This document shows positions 35,320-48,207 of a stretch of DNA of 64,000 bases, piece by piece. Position 1 is the stretch's first letter, and every line of letters starts with the position of its first letter. This DNA comes from Microthyrium microscopicum (Eukaryota): contig MU004244.1 in NCBI GenBank assembly GCA_010405405.1, positions 127,895 through 191,894 on the forward strand. The letters run 5' to 3'. Below the pieces are notes generated by a model that was not told where the DNA came from, did no database searches, and saw only the letters and a list, made by a program, of their open reading frames with translations. Position numbers and translations under genes: made by a program.

Positions 35320-38300
35320 TTTGCAGTTTGTGGAAGAGTATGCTGTCGATTTGGATGGGGCGAATCAGAGCTCCGAGGACGGCGTCAGCATGCACCGCTT
35401 TGGTTGAGATCGAAGGCTAGAGAGATGGTGTTTGCCAAGAGCTGAAGACTTTAGGAAGGAGGTATTCAATAGATGGAGAGACTGGCTAGCAGTGAATGGT
35501 GCGAATGAGCTACTAAGTTGTGAATAGGCAAGGTTGGAGAAAGCTAGGCACAGCAAGCTTGCGAATGAGTTGATGGAAGGTTCTAGCAGTTGACAAAGTG
35601 ACAATCGTTCTCAAGCAGGCTCATACCGCACAAAGCCGCTCTGGAAAAAGGTCTATATGGCGATATGGAAGGTGTTGGTGTTGAGTTCTGATCAACTGAA
35701 GTTGGCGCTTGGGTCTGGTCCAGTGGTCGCTTCCAATTGCGACACCGAAATTCAAGAGGGGCAGGAGCTCATCACTGCAGGTGCTTAGGATGGAAGTGGC
35801 GGTGGCCGTGCAATGCTCTTTCCAAATCCGGCAATCAAGATAGGCGCAGCACAACTCTGGCAAGAGCCTCTCATCAAGCAAGGAACCCCTGTTGTGAAGC
35901 TTCAGAAGGTCAGGGTAAGCTTGGACTTTACCCTAGCTTCGGTTCCCAGCTCCTAGCAACAGTTTGCCGGCGGTTCGCTCGCAGATAATACCGAACCCAT
36001 ACGACTCATGAGCTCATGGATATCTTCCTTGAAGGATCCCATTGAATCCTAGGCGGGATATGGGGTTTGATCCTAAAGTTCAAATGGGATGCAAAATGTC
36101 ATTGCGACGACATTGCAATGTGATAGCGCCATTCAACCTGAAATTGCTACTGATCGTCAATGAATACTCCGTATTGCGGCAAGGAACCAGCGTACAGGAG
36201 TTTGGAAATCGGAAACAACATCTCCACGTTACCTTCCCACGCGAGGATTGTCGCTCATTTCCTTTCTGAGTCTATCCTTCTCTGCGGTTTGATGTACGAC
36301 ATGAACAAGTCAATTATGGGGAAATATCCACTATGATTTAATAGTCTCGCGAAAGCGTCAATGGCTCGCTTCGTTATTCTGTCAAGAGGCGGTCGGTGGT
36401 GCTTAGCTCTGGACGTTAATGCGCTATTTTGGATTTACTACACTCACTCACAGCTATCATTCCTACCGCTCCAGCCGATAGAAGGAATCAGAATTGAGAC
36501 AACTCGGTATTACGGTACATGGTTATTGGCTTCAATAACTTACAATAAATGCAGTTACTTTTATCGCTTCCGTCCAGACTCGCAAAAATCGGCAAGTGGA
36601 TCCAATAAGCGTTAACGCCATCCACGCCTTACGACCACCACACACCCCCAAAAGCATGGACGCTGTGCTGTCACATTGTTTGACATTTACACCACACCTT
36701 CTCAGTCCCCACTGCATCTCGGCCTCGCCTTGGACGGCCCAGTAGTTCGTTTCTTTTTTATTTATCGCTTATCAAACATCTCATCGTCGTGATTCCTACA
36801 GAACAAATCACAAAAGGACCAGGAGAGGGGCCAAATATACGCCGCGGATTTGCATCGTGGTCAGAGTCCTTGGCAATTGCAGCGCCGCGCGTTGTCAGCC
36901 TTGTGGGAATCAGAGGCTCAATTAATTTGCGAAACAAAACTTTGTGCAGGAAGTACAGCGGGGGATTTACAGCTAGTTGATAAACAGCAACTACGATTGG
37001 TATCGGCGATCAAGGACATTTTCACGCCGTGTTTCTTGCAGATTCTTCTCTTTGTTTGAAAGATGCCATAAATAACACCGAGAATCTTCTGTGCTTATGA
37101 ACACATCTACCTGGGCCCCAGATTTCTTCGACCCACAGTTCGAGAAGCCCGCGACATAAACCGCGCCGCAGAAAAATGTATACGCTTTGGCGTGGCCTGT
37201 TGTAAGGACAGTGTGAGACCATTCAACTCCATCATCTCCATCGCCCCATTCAGAGCAAAACAGCCGCATGAGCTGGACTTTCAGATTGCTGACATGCGTT
37301 GGAACTTTTTGGGGCGAAGAACCAATCACAATTTAAGCATATGCTAACAATTTGCTAACTACCGTTGGATTTTCAAGCTATGTCCCTTTAGTGTTCATAG
37401 CGGATGTGGGAGGGAGCCGCTTACCGCAACCCTTTCCGTGGCCTGGCATAATAATTGGCGCTTTAGGAGAGGCCCAGAGCTTTTGCTCGCCTCTGAACGG
37501 ACGGGACTTGGGAGGTCGGGTATAAGACTTTTTTCATATTGTCTTGCCAAGAACGGGCCCAAGGTTTGATAGCACTCGATGGGCGATAGGCAAGTTTAAA
37601 CGCGTGGGAGTTGCATACATCTTCCATATTGAATGATCTGACTTCAGGCCGTCATTCATTTGGCTTCACTTTGCCTCTCACCAGGTATCTCAAGTCTAGG
37701 AGTCATAGCTGAAAGCAATACAAAGCGCATGATAGAAATTGTTCAGGGGAAAGTAATGGATTATGAGGCTGAATAAACGCCGAGGGGAAACAATGAAACA
37801 TTCAGTAGTCGGCGCATGGCTTTTGTCGCAAATGTCAAAATCTGTTCTAGAGCCCAACTTACCGGTGTTGTACGCCACAAAGAAATGGAGCATAATTGGC
37901 TGTTATTGGGTCCAAAAACAGGCTAAAGACCACAAGTCTAGACTGGCTTCAATTTTTTTGATTGAATACCGAATACCCCTCGAAACAAGCGTGACAGGTG
38001 TGCTCTTTCAGCCGCTTGAGATTGGGTTCTCTTTTAATCAGCTGGCATCCCCTCGTGTAGGAAGCAGATTTTGTATGAAATTGTATACATTTCCATATTG
38101 GCAGGATTTATTTCTTTCCATCCATCCAGCCAGGGTAATCAGTGATAATTACTACTCAATAAGAGCCTGAAAGTACAAAGCATTCGCCGCGGCCAAACTG
38201 TTCAACTGACGAAATCTCACGTTGGACCCGCCTTCAATCTTCTCACCATCCTATCAGGTCCGCATATGCTTCTTTGTTCCTTGAGGAAATCACGCGCACC

Positions 38301-38473
38301 CAACTCAACTAACCTGCTTACTCTACCGATTCCATCCAAACGCCGTACGCTTTCAGTCCTCCTTAAGTCATCACATATCCCACCCTGGACTACCGTTTTG
38401 AGAGACTTCTTCCTATCAACAGCAACTCTCCCATTGCCACTTCACTTATAGAGCTTTACAACTTATAGTCCTA

Positions 38474-39578
38474 ATGTCAATTGGAACGGAATTTTTCCTC
38501 GAAAGCACCATGGCGGCTAATACAGAACTCATGAATGCTCTCCAAACGTAATGTTCCACACTCTTCGTATCTTATGTCTTACATTACTGACCAGGCCCCC
38601 AGGTTACTTGAAATCGGCAAATACTCTGATCTCACTATCGTCTGCGGCGAGCGTTCATGGGCCGTACATCGTGCAATCATTTGCTCACGATCAGGCTTCT
38701 TTGACGGGGCATGTAGCGGCCGTTTCCGCGAAGCACAAACTGGCATCATAGATCTCAGTGCTGACGACCCAGAAGCCATTGAGCATATGATCAAATGTAC
38801 GTACCACAACAACGTTTCCTCAGCCTTGTGCTATAAGCATAATACTCACCACTATCCAGACTTCTACAAACTCGACTATCTCGTTCCCAGCATCTCGAAC
38901 AGTGCATCCTATCCAACCTCTCCCCTAAGCTCGCCATCAAACCCCTTCTTCACAAACCACACTCCCACAACACAACCACTCAACCTCGCCTTCGTAGAAG
39001 ATCCGCTACTTGCCACAGCCGCCGCCAACGCACCAATAACACCCCAAACACCACCCACCATTGCAACAACATCAATCCCAATATCACAACCAACTTCCCC
39101 TCTCTCATCACCAGGTCCATACCAAATGGACTTCTTCTCCTCTTCCTCATTCAAACGCCCCTACAGCCCGCGAAGCCGCACAACATCCATAACCTCACCT
39201 ACTTGGGATGCCTCTACACCCCTCACCACCCCCTCAATCGCATCCCCGGACACAGATACACCACACCTCATTACACACGCTGCTGTTTATGCGCTGGCGG
39301 AGAAATATCAAATCCACGGCCTCAAGACACTGGCTCGGCAAAAGTTCTCGGCGCAACTAAACCACCACTGGACTTCATCCGAATTTCCAGCCGCCATGGC
39401 GGAGGTATATACCAGCACAGTCGAACAAGATCGCGGGCTACGGGATTTAGTTGTGCAGGTCTTTAGGAAGCACCCGGAGGTTGCGCGGAGACGGGACGTG
39501 GGGGATATGGTTAAGGAGATGCCGGATCTGGCGTGGGAGTTGTTTAAGGTTGGTTGGGGATTGCCCATCACGCACTGA
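38474..39578 (+). CDS. BTB/POZ-domain protein
   Basis: GKYSDLTIVCG..WAVHRAIICSRSGFF..AC.G.FREA..G.IDL..DDPEAIEHMI..FYKLDY and HAAVYALAEKYQIHGLK.LA..KF, VYTST.EQDRGLR. Two short introns. Start may instead be the ATG at 38510. Confidence 0.92.
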
Positions 39579-41412
39579 GGACAGTAGGTGATGTGTGCGT
39601 GTGCGTAACGAAGTGACGACTTGCGACGACTATAACCCTCGTTGATATATTTGGAAAGCGAACGGCGTTGGGAAAGGTATACCGCGGTGTTCGGTACTGT
39701 AGAACGTATGTTCAACCTTTGTATTGCTAGACATTTTGTCGAGAATCTACTGAATTACTATTACTCTCAAAATCAGCTTTCATCTCCTGTCTTGGAGCAT
39801 CATACGTACCGTTGTCACTTCGTACCTACCTGTTTGTCAACCACACAGCCAGTAAACGTATCGCATCGATCTCTCTCGCCCTATGCCATGATGCCATGCA
39901 TGTCATACGAGACCGATCAGCTTTCTCACGTACACAGATCTCGCCTACAGACTTCCCGCGTGCACGATCCGATCGAAAATCTAGACCACGACACAAGCGA
40001 TGCCGATCCTGACGCCTCGAGGACCAGGCCCATATTCCTGGGATCTGGGGAGCAGAAAGATCGGCAAAGAAAAGCGTGAAGAAAAACGTGCAAAGTCTGG
40101 ACCTTTAGGACCAATCTCAAAGTCTTGGAAATGGGCGAGACCGTGGGAGTACTTGTAGTGTGTGTATTTCGGACAAAGTACTTCGGCGTTGGTTGGCTGG
40201 CGGCGCAGTGTGCGCTGATGCAGGCCTGATGTTTCGGCTCCCCATCGGACTTCTGGACAACACTCACGCGCATGCACTGAGCAAAGGATGCTGAAGAATG
40301 TTTGTGTGTAGCGGTGATACAGAGTAAGACGAGCACGTGGGATTTGCTGCGGTGAAATTGAATAAGCGTATGAAAGGTGGTGGTTGCGATGAGGTTAGGT
40401 TGGTGGTTGGTGTTGGATGAGGCTCGGCGATCTGCGTTTTGGTGGTTCGAATCTACGAAACGGGCGTGTTTGCTTTGGAGATCTTGGTATTTTGGATGAG
40501 AGTTGAATTAAGGTTTTACGATACGATGCTGATATATATTGGCTCGTATTGCATTTATGCTAGATTGGGTTGCTGCAGTTGCGGCGAAGCTCGCGATATT
40601 AGGTTTCTCAATAGCAAAGTCCATCGTGCATACAGCGCTGATTTTATTTTGACGTCTGAGTGGAAAGGCGAAAGAAATTGTTTCTTTCGAGATATGATGA
40701 TTGTGAGGAAATAGTATTTGCATGGCCATATCGCATATCTGCTCTAACTACAAGTGAGAAGTTTATGAACAAAAATAACATACGAGGTATCATTATGCAG
40801 TTTACCATCAGGTACATTCTTTCATATTCCAGAACTCTCCTAGATAGAGTGCAGCAAATCTGGACGTCCTCCAGTTCTAGATTGTTCGAAAGCAATATAT
40901 CCTAGAAGTCACCATCAATGTTCTGCCGTGGAGCCATCAGCTAACTCAACATATCGGACCTTTCCAACAGACTGAAACCCGGCCATCAAGCGCAAAAGTT
41001 CAAATTCGTATGCCGCAGCATTATGCGTAAGCTGTGCGACTTGAATTTATATCCCTTCAGACTAACTGCATGCCTTTTCATGTGTACTTGAAGTTGAAAC
41101 CTCCCTCAGCACGCTTCCTTGCATAAAATGGATATCTTCACCGAAGTTTGAAACTCAATGTGCGCAGCAAAAGCTTCTTTTGAGAACGACGTCACTGCAG
41201 TACAACTTTATAGCCCATTCTATAGCCCATTTTGGAATATTAACGATGAGGTCGCCTGATGTTGGTGCAACGTAGACGGGCGAGAAGGAATGCTATAAGG
41301 AAGTGAATCAGTCCCAATTCAGTACCAGAGAACAAGTCGGTTCTTCAAGACATCTTAAGCCCAAAAATTATCGCAATTGTCAAGTCAAATATCCATACCA
41401 ATCCAAATAATC

Positions 41413-41798
41413 ATGTTTACACCAAAACACATCCTGGGCTCCATGCTCTTAGCCACCGTCACGCTATGCTCACCACTCGCCGCCAATCAACCAGGTATAT
41501 ATGTCACGCAGTTGACAAGACATCACTTACTCACACAGCACTTGTAGCTTGCAGCTTCGTCCCATCGACCACCTACTACCCAGGCGACTCCAGACTCTCC
41601 GAAATTGTCGCCTCCATCCCAGAGAACAAAGCTTACTTTGCCAACTTACTTGCCGAGGGTAACTGGAGCCCGGTAGACGGCTGCGCGAACTTTTGCTGCG
41701 CTTGTCCAGTTGTGCAACCAAACGTTCCTGGGATCTATACGTATACGGCGACACCTTGTAAGACGTCGCCGGGCCTGGCTAAGCGCACTGAGGCATAG
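41413..41798 (+). CDS. Small secreted cysteine-rich protein (113 aa), effector-like
   Basis: Signal-like MFTPKHILGSMLLATVTLCSPLAA; intron 41495-41538 gives an in-frame join; six Cys in the mature part including GCANFCCAC; TATAA at ~41294. Confidence 0.75.
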
Positions 41799-43217
41799 GA
41801 CGATGGATCAAGTGAACGAATGGGACATCGGTATACCACCTCATCGTGGCTACTACACAGGTAGAACAGATGGAACTAGTGGCCGTTGGAACGGCTGGAC
41901 TGTGGGGCGATGAGGGTGGGACAAGGTGGTTAGTGTCAGGAACCTGCGATGGTGATCCTGGGGTAGACATGGGATAGGTTTAATGTTGTGGACTTGCTGA
42001 TGTTAAGATCCCTAGATATCTGTGCGCCACAAGAGATGTCAGTCTTTGTTCTTGAAACATAACTTCTTGAATTGCAGTACCTTTACTGAGATGGAATGCA
42101 AGGACCTCATAGATTCAATTGAATACTACCTGTTGCTCCTACCATTTGGGTCGTGCTAGTATTGTTACGCTAGGATATAGACCCTGGATGATGATCCTGT
42201 TCGCAGATCTCCAAATATAGCAACCGTTGACATCGCATCGCATTCAACTACCGGCTTGGGACCTGTCAAGAGATCAGCAAAATAAGTCGCATTCTTTCTC
42301 TTCGAGTTCATGTCCTGATGGAAGCCTTGCATGAATATTTCAGGATCTGCAATTAACAATGCGCTTTCGTAGTTGAGATCTATTCAAGGCGGAGTTGTTT
42401 CCGACTTTGATATCGCAAAACTACACCTTTTAGTTGCACGATCTCAACCTCATTATCACTAGAATAGTCAAGTAGACACCTGTCCAGTGAGTCCTTTTCT
42501 GTGTTCATTTCAGCTGGTTGGAACCAAGTCTACCTCCCAGCTTGTAGAATCTTGTGAGGAATGTAAATTTTCTTACCATTGGCCAAAACTTTCTGAAAAT
42601 AGGTACATACGAGCTTCCGTGTCGATCATTGCTTATATGCCCTCTCATGATCTACAACCACCTGACGATACACCAACCTCATCGAATCAACCAAACATAA
42701 TTTTAGTCTCTTCAGGAATTTGCTCGATCTGGTCATTTTCATGACAGGTCAAAATTGCCTGAATCAATAGTCAATTCAGCATTTAGCCTTGGAAGTCCAA
42801 CATCCGATATCCGAATGGTACCGCAAGGCTGTGACTCCTGCTACAACAACAGGCCTATGCTGCGACCTTCGAACCATCGTGAAGCTATTCATGCGGTTAG
42901 TACAGCCGGCAGCCTGGTAACAATACGAGAACCTGTCACACCTTAACGTGACGATGGCGAGCAAGGCGAGTTACATTCGAGCTATTGAAATAACCCCAGC
43001 GACCTTCGTGATGACCAAGAATGGAAGTTATCGTCACTGCCATTATGATTCGAGTTCTTGGCAGTAAGGCAATGCTGGAGTTGGGAAAATGGTATAAATA
43101 CTGGTCTACAGATCGATGAAGTTGTCGAAACCATCAAATCATCAAACAGCTTCAGTTCAGAAAACATTCGCTTCCAAATCATAACCTTAATCTTTGAAGA
43201 TATCCAGATCAGCAAAC

Positions 43218-43788
43218 ATGTACAAGTCACTCATCGCCATCACTTCACTAGCTCTTGCTCCCTTCGCAGCTGCTGTTGGGTCTGCTCGAGTTGTCAATAA
43301 ATGCAACCACCAAGTGACCCTCTGGTAAGTCCTCACACTCAACACTGCCTCTCACCCTCCTCACTCACTCCACCGTCCCAATCCACATCTCCATGTTCCC
43401 AGATCACCAAACTAACAGCGTCAGGTCCGTCGGCGGTTCTCTTTCCCCAGCATACAACCTCGCGGCCAATGGTGGCACCTACTCGGAGCCCTTCACCTAT
43501 GACCCACAATCCGGCGGCCGAGCCTTGAAGATCACCAACGCTCCCACCGGGCTCTTCACCGGTGCTCCAGAGACCATCTTTGCATACACTTTGCAGACTG
43601 CATCCAACCAGATCTGGTATGATCTGAGCGATGTGTTTGGTGATGCGTTTGCTGGGTCCAAGTTGATTGAGAAGAGCTCGAATGGAGGTTGTCCAGTTAT
43701 TGAGTGGGACAATGGGGTTCCACCAGCTGGCAGCCAGGTTAAGGTCTGTGAGGCGAATTCAGATGTTACTTTGACGCTTTGTGCTTGA
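43218..43788 (+). CDS. Bys1 (Blastomyces yeast-phase-specific) family secreted protein
   Basis: Signal peptide, then VGSARVVNKC..QVTLW/SVG, GGRALKIT, FAYTL, IWYDLSDVFGDAF, CPVIEW, DVTLTLC. Intron 43325-43424. Confidence 0.92.
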
Positions 43789-44532
43789 ATGTTAAAAGAT
43801 AGTGGTGCGGTTGATGGGCTGGAGGAGGGAGAATGGAGGATGGGAGTTGATAGGAAGTAATAATCTAATGGTGTTGTGTACTATCCGAGATGATTCATGC
43901 TGGTTTTGCTGTTGATTTAATCGTTGTTTCTTGTGCAAAGATGACAGATAGTCTTCAGCGATCACCCGTCGCTCTTATGTCCGGGTAGTATCGTACTCTA
44001 GCCTCCAGCGAAGAATGGCCCATCCTTCATCGTTCTCTATGGCCATATTGTCTGCCTTCAGAAGACTCGATTCGCATCCAACAACCACTCCAAAAGCACA
44101 AGCCGCGCGACAACTGTATTCATTCGCTATAGTGAAAGGAATGACAAGAGGACCAGTCTGCTCCTAATGAAAACCACGTGTGACAGCAGAATCTACCGAT
44201 AAACGATATACCTGATTTACTGACATCGACTTCGATTGCCCCATACTTTACGTCCTATTGTGGAACGCGTTTTCTGTTGCGAAACTTGTAAAATATTGAA
44301 GGTTCAATCAATCATGATGGAGATAGCGCATTCTTTGAATATAGTATTGGTAGTAACCATCACTGTTGATGAGAGGGCGCCAGAATCATAGTGATATGAA
44401 AAGATTGGCTCATCTCGTATCTTTATTGCTATAGCTACTCATGAATGGGGGTGTCCCAGCCAAATTCTTCGAACCTCCTCATTAGCGTCCCTCTCTTCTG
44501 AGAGCAGTGTACTTTCGGGACGCGGTGTACTC

Positions 44533-45135
44533 TCAGGGGCGGCATGCCAGCAATAGGAGGAAACAGCGTCGTCTTATTTTTGCGCAGTTTGTCAACATAG
44601 GCGTTGTGCCACTGCTCTTCACATTAATCCCCTGACACGCCGTTGATATAGTAGCATCACTTACACTTTTGAAGCGAGCAATGCAACTGTTCTTCTCATT
44701 GGCAAATCCGGGGTGATATCTGAAAGAGTCCTGTCGCGAAACCCCCATGGATTGCAAAACTTGTCCTTGTTCAATAAGATATAGCACGCAGCCCACAGCC
44801 ACCTTTCTGTCCGCTTGATTCAACCGGCTGGGAAATTGAGAATAGTGACCAGTGGTAGCTGTGCATCCTTCGAAGCACAGCCAGAGGCTATAACCAAGCT
44901 TGCTTGGTGCTTTGGAAATTAGTAACTTTGCGCCATTGTTGCGGGTGCGGTCTCGTAGTGGGTCGTTGACTCGGGGATTGACGTGCGCGCACCAGTTTAC
45001 TGGTGCTTTCTGGTCACCTAGGGCGTGAACCTGACTACATGGGAGAACGCCTTTATCGCAGGCTATTTGGGTGGCGCCGGGGAGGAGCACGACCACGCAT
45101 CGGCAGGGGAGGATGTCAAGCCCGACGCGGCACAT
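44533..45135 (-). CDS. Hypothetical 200-aa protein with Cys-rich N-terminus
   Basis: ATG-initiated ORF MCRVGLDILPCRC...IACDKGVLPC; no recognisable domain. Confidence 0.35.
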   Translation of the reverse strand: MCRVGLDILPCRCVVVLLPGATQIACDKGVLPCSQVHALGDQKAPVNWCAHVNPRVNDPLRDRTRNNGAKLLISKAPSKLGYSLWLCFEGCTATTGHYSQFPSRLNQADRKVAVGCVLYLIEQGQVLQSMGVSRQDSFRYHPGFANEKNSCIARFKSVSDATISTACQGINVKSSGTTPMLTNCAKIRRRCFLLLLACRP

Positions 45136-45736
45136 GACAACGGCTAGACAATTTCGAAAAAGATTTCAGAGGCTTGAAGTCGAAATACACTCGGACTTTG
45201 GCTGCGATTCGGTGATATAAGATTCTGTGTATACATGGAGATGATGACCAGAATCCTGAAAGCGACCGCTCATGAGACCTAGAGTCGTTGTCAAGTCAGT
45301 GATACGTCCACTGCGACTGTAGGTCTGGCAAGAGCTTACCCGTATCAACTTCCCATGCTTCCATGGACTACGCTTTCCTCAAGACTGTTGCATGCCCTTC
45401 AATTGCGTAGACGGCTGCTTCAATTGCAGACGACGATGAATATCAGACTGTACACTTCTTAATAATGGTGATGGCCACCATTAGAGTTGATCGAAGCATG
45501 CCAGTTGTTTTGTCGATCGGTTGCTAACACGGAAATTGAGTGGAAAAAGCCATCGAAAGGAGAAGTTGTAGCAAGGACCTGATGGTAGACTGGAGGACCC
45601 GGTTAATCGTGGATCGAAGACATGTCAAATCATGAATCGTTACTTTTAGCCATAAGTCTTGAATCATACTCGTTCAATCACACCGTCGCCCATCCCCATC
45701 CCACGCATACTTTTCCCCAGCCCAACGTAGGTAAAC

Positions 45737-46866
45737 TCAATGCCTAAACGCCCTCAGATCCCTCCTCCACCACCCCAAAAAGTCCTGACAAGACACATCA
45801 ACCCCCAACTCTTTCAACACACTCGTATCCAAACGCGAATCATATGGTCTCTGTGTATCACCAGCTTCCTCTTTTGATGGGTCGTGTGATTTGAGCCCAT
45901 GCATTGGCAAGCCGAGTACATCTTCGCCAAGCAGCTTCACCATCTGCCATTTGGTGAATTGCTGCTGTGCTGAGAACTGCAGAATTTGTGGTAATTTCTT
46001 GCCCTGAGTTGGCTTGGAGTATAACTCAGAGATATCAACAAGAACGCGCCCGACATCCTCGGTACAAGTCGGAAAGCGTAACGCCCAATCATCAATCTTG
46101 ATAGGTTCTTCGCTCTTCTGGGATTCGTAGATGGCATCCACGAGGGCATGGACGGCTGATTTTGAAGTATCGTTTTCTTCACAATGGCCGTAAAGCAAGG
46201 GCACTCTCAGCACCACTGCAGTCACGCTCTCATCGTTCTTGGATTCGGAGAGCACAGCTTCCTCTCCTTCAAGCTTTGTGCGACCGTAGATGTTGGGTGG
46301 GGATGGCGTATCGGTGACTTTGTACGGTGCTTCGCCCTTCCGGCCCGGGAAGACATAGTCGGTAGAAATATAAATGAGGAAGGCATTATGTTGCTTTGCG
46401 AGCTTTGTGAGGGTGCGGGTGGAGGAGACGTTGAGGGCTGTTGCGGCGTCTGGGTCGGCGGAGCAGGAATCTGGGAAGCGGTTTGCTGCGCCTGGGGATC
46501 GTTAGCTGGATATTTCAAAGGATATAGGAAGAAGAAGGGTAGTGACGGTGATGGCTTACAGTGGACGACGACATTCGGTCTAGAAGTTGTTAGCTGGCAA
46601 CGGTCGGCATTGGGTGGTAATGAAGGGACTTACTTGGTCTCATCTAGCACGCGCTTGATATTATCTTCATCGAGAAGGTCTAGTTTAACGATGGAAGGGG
46701 GGTCTGCGCGGGTTAGGCCCGTGCCGATGGTTTTCCATTCTTTGCGTTGGAAGGCTTTGATGACATCGCGGCCGAGCAAGCCAGACGCTGATTACTATTA
46801 GCCACGGTACCATGGATGCTTGATGAAAGATAGCGAACCTCCTGTTACGAGAACTGTCGGGACCAT
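45737..46866 (-). CDS. RmlD-like NAD(P)-binding protein / methionine adenosyltransferase II beta-subunit-like
   Basis: Spliced MVPTVLVTG/ASGLLGRDV, PNVVVH/CAANRFPD, IYISTDYVF, NIYGRTK, VVLRVPLLYG, DDWALRFPTCTEDV, RPYDSRLD. Three introns, including a ~20-nt micro-exon. Confidence 0.92.
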
Positions 46867-48207
46867 GGTGATGGAGTTGTTGATGAGGTGGAGAGTGTGA
46901 CACCAAAGTTTTCAGAGATGGTAGATGGAGATGACGTTAGAGTTGAGTTAACGTTACGCAGGACCCACATGAGGCATGGGATTATGCTTGCGTATGCATG
47001 GCGCGTCGCTTGAAGTATTAGTCGGAGAATGTCTCAATGATATTTGGATGATATTTGATGAATCCAGACGTTGTGAGATGCTTCAACGCCCTGCTCAACG
47101 TGGTGGTTAATACTCAACACCAGGCTACCTGCACCGGCAGTATCACCAAGAGCATCGCTGGCCAGCATAGTCGCCAGTCCTTCAATTCGCTCATCGCGAC
47201 ATGCCCATGACCATTCCGATCACCGTCATCTTTGCCGTATTCCATATCAAAAGTACTTATCATCATCTTCCACACAGACGAGCATAAAGCACATCAGTAT
47301 TGAAAAGTCATAACAGACAGTGTTTTTGTACAAAAATTCCCAACCGATCCGAAGACCAATTGAAGCAGTCAATAAAGTAGTTTTCAACTAGCAATAACAC
47401 GGGCTCAGACGAATCTTCACTGCCACGCGTATGCCCGTGCACTTGGATGGAAAAGAAGAAGAAGAGGAGGAATTCAGAGCAAGACCAAGAGATTTTATAC
47501 CGATGAAAAAGAGGATGACTCATCCGCATTAACTTTTCACCGGCTAGGCTGCAAATGTCACTGATAAACATTGAGAGCTTGGACTTTTGGAGCTTAGTGC
47601 AGTTCTAGGTAGACCTTTCCTATTCTGGTAAGGCGCTAATAGTATTAGGCTGTACGTGAGGCTGAATCGTGACTTCTTACAACTTTGAATAATGGAAAGC
47701 ACGAGTCAATGTTCTGCTATAGCGAGATTTAAATGTCAACCTCCTAGTCTTACCGGTAATCCTGAAGCCTCAATTTCTCGATGTAATTTGAGCAGATAAA
47801 ATAGCGGCATCTCCTACCGCATGCCATGTCCGCCATCGTAACTGTTAATTAGAAAACCATTTTCTCACCATTGCACTCAATGGAAACACTCGACGGAAGT
47901 GGCCAGTTATTCTCTATATTTTGAGTGGTCTTCAATGTGTTCGATTTCAAACCAAGTTCTATTCTATACCATTGGCGAAGAACATATTCGTTGTTTTAGC
48001 TTTATTCAAAGTTTATATCAAAGTGTCGGCACGATTCGCTCGGAATTCACCTTTTAGCAACAAATGTTTTTCAGTAACATATGTGATGGCATCCATCGCA
48101 CTCGATGGGTGCCATATGATTCGATGATGTTTGGCTAGTCTTGAGTGAATTCGTGATCAGTCAAATAGGACCGAGATAAAGTGTTTACACTTTGCCCTGT
48201 CCCTTTC

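Noticed and set aside
40425..40470. B-box/T-loop-like GGTTCGAATC
   Set aside because: No D arm, anticodon arm or acceptor stem upstream.
45397..45440. Short tandem duplications (CTTCAATTGC..AGACG x2; also TATAGCCCATT x2 at ~41209 and GGGGTATCAAA x2 at ~50508)
   Set aside because: Ordinary two-copy slippage products; no spacers, so not CRISPR-like.
46184..46801. 205-aa plus-strand ORF and other long antisense ORFs over genes
   Set aside because: Shadow ORFs opposite well-supported spliced genes.
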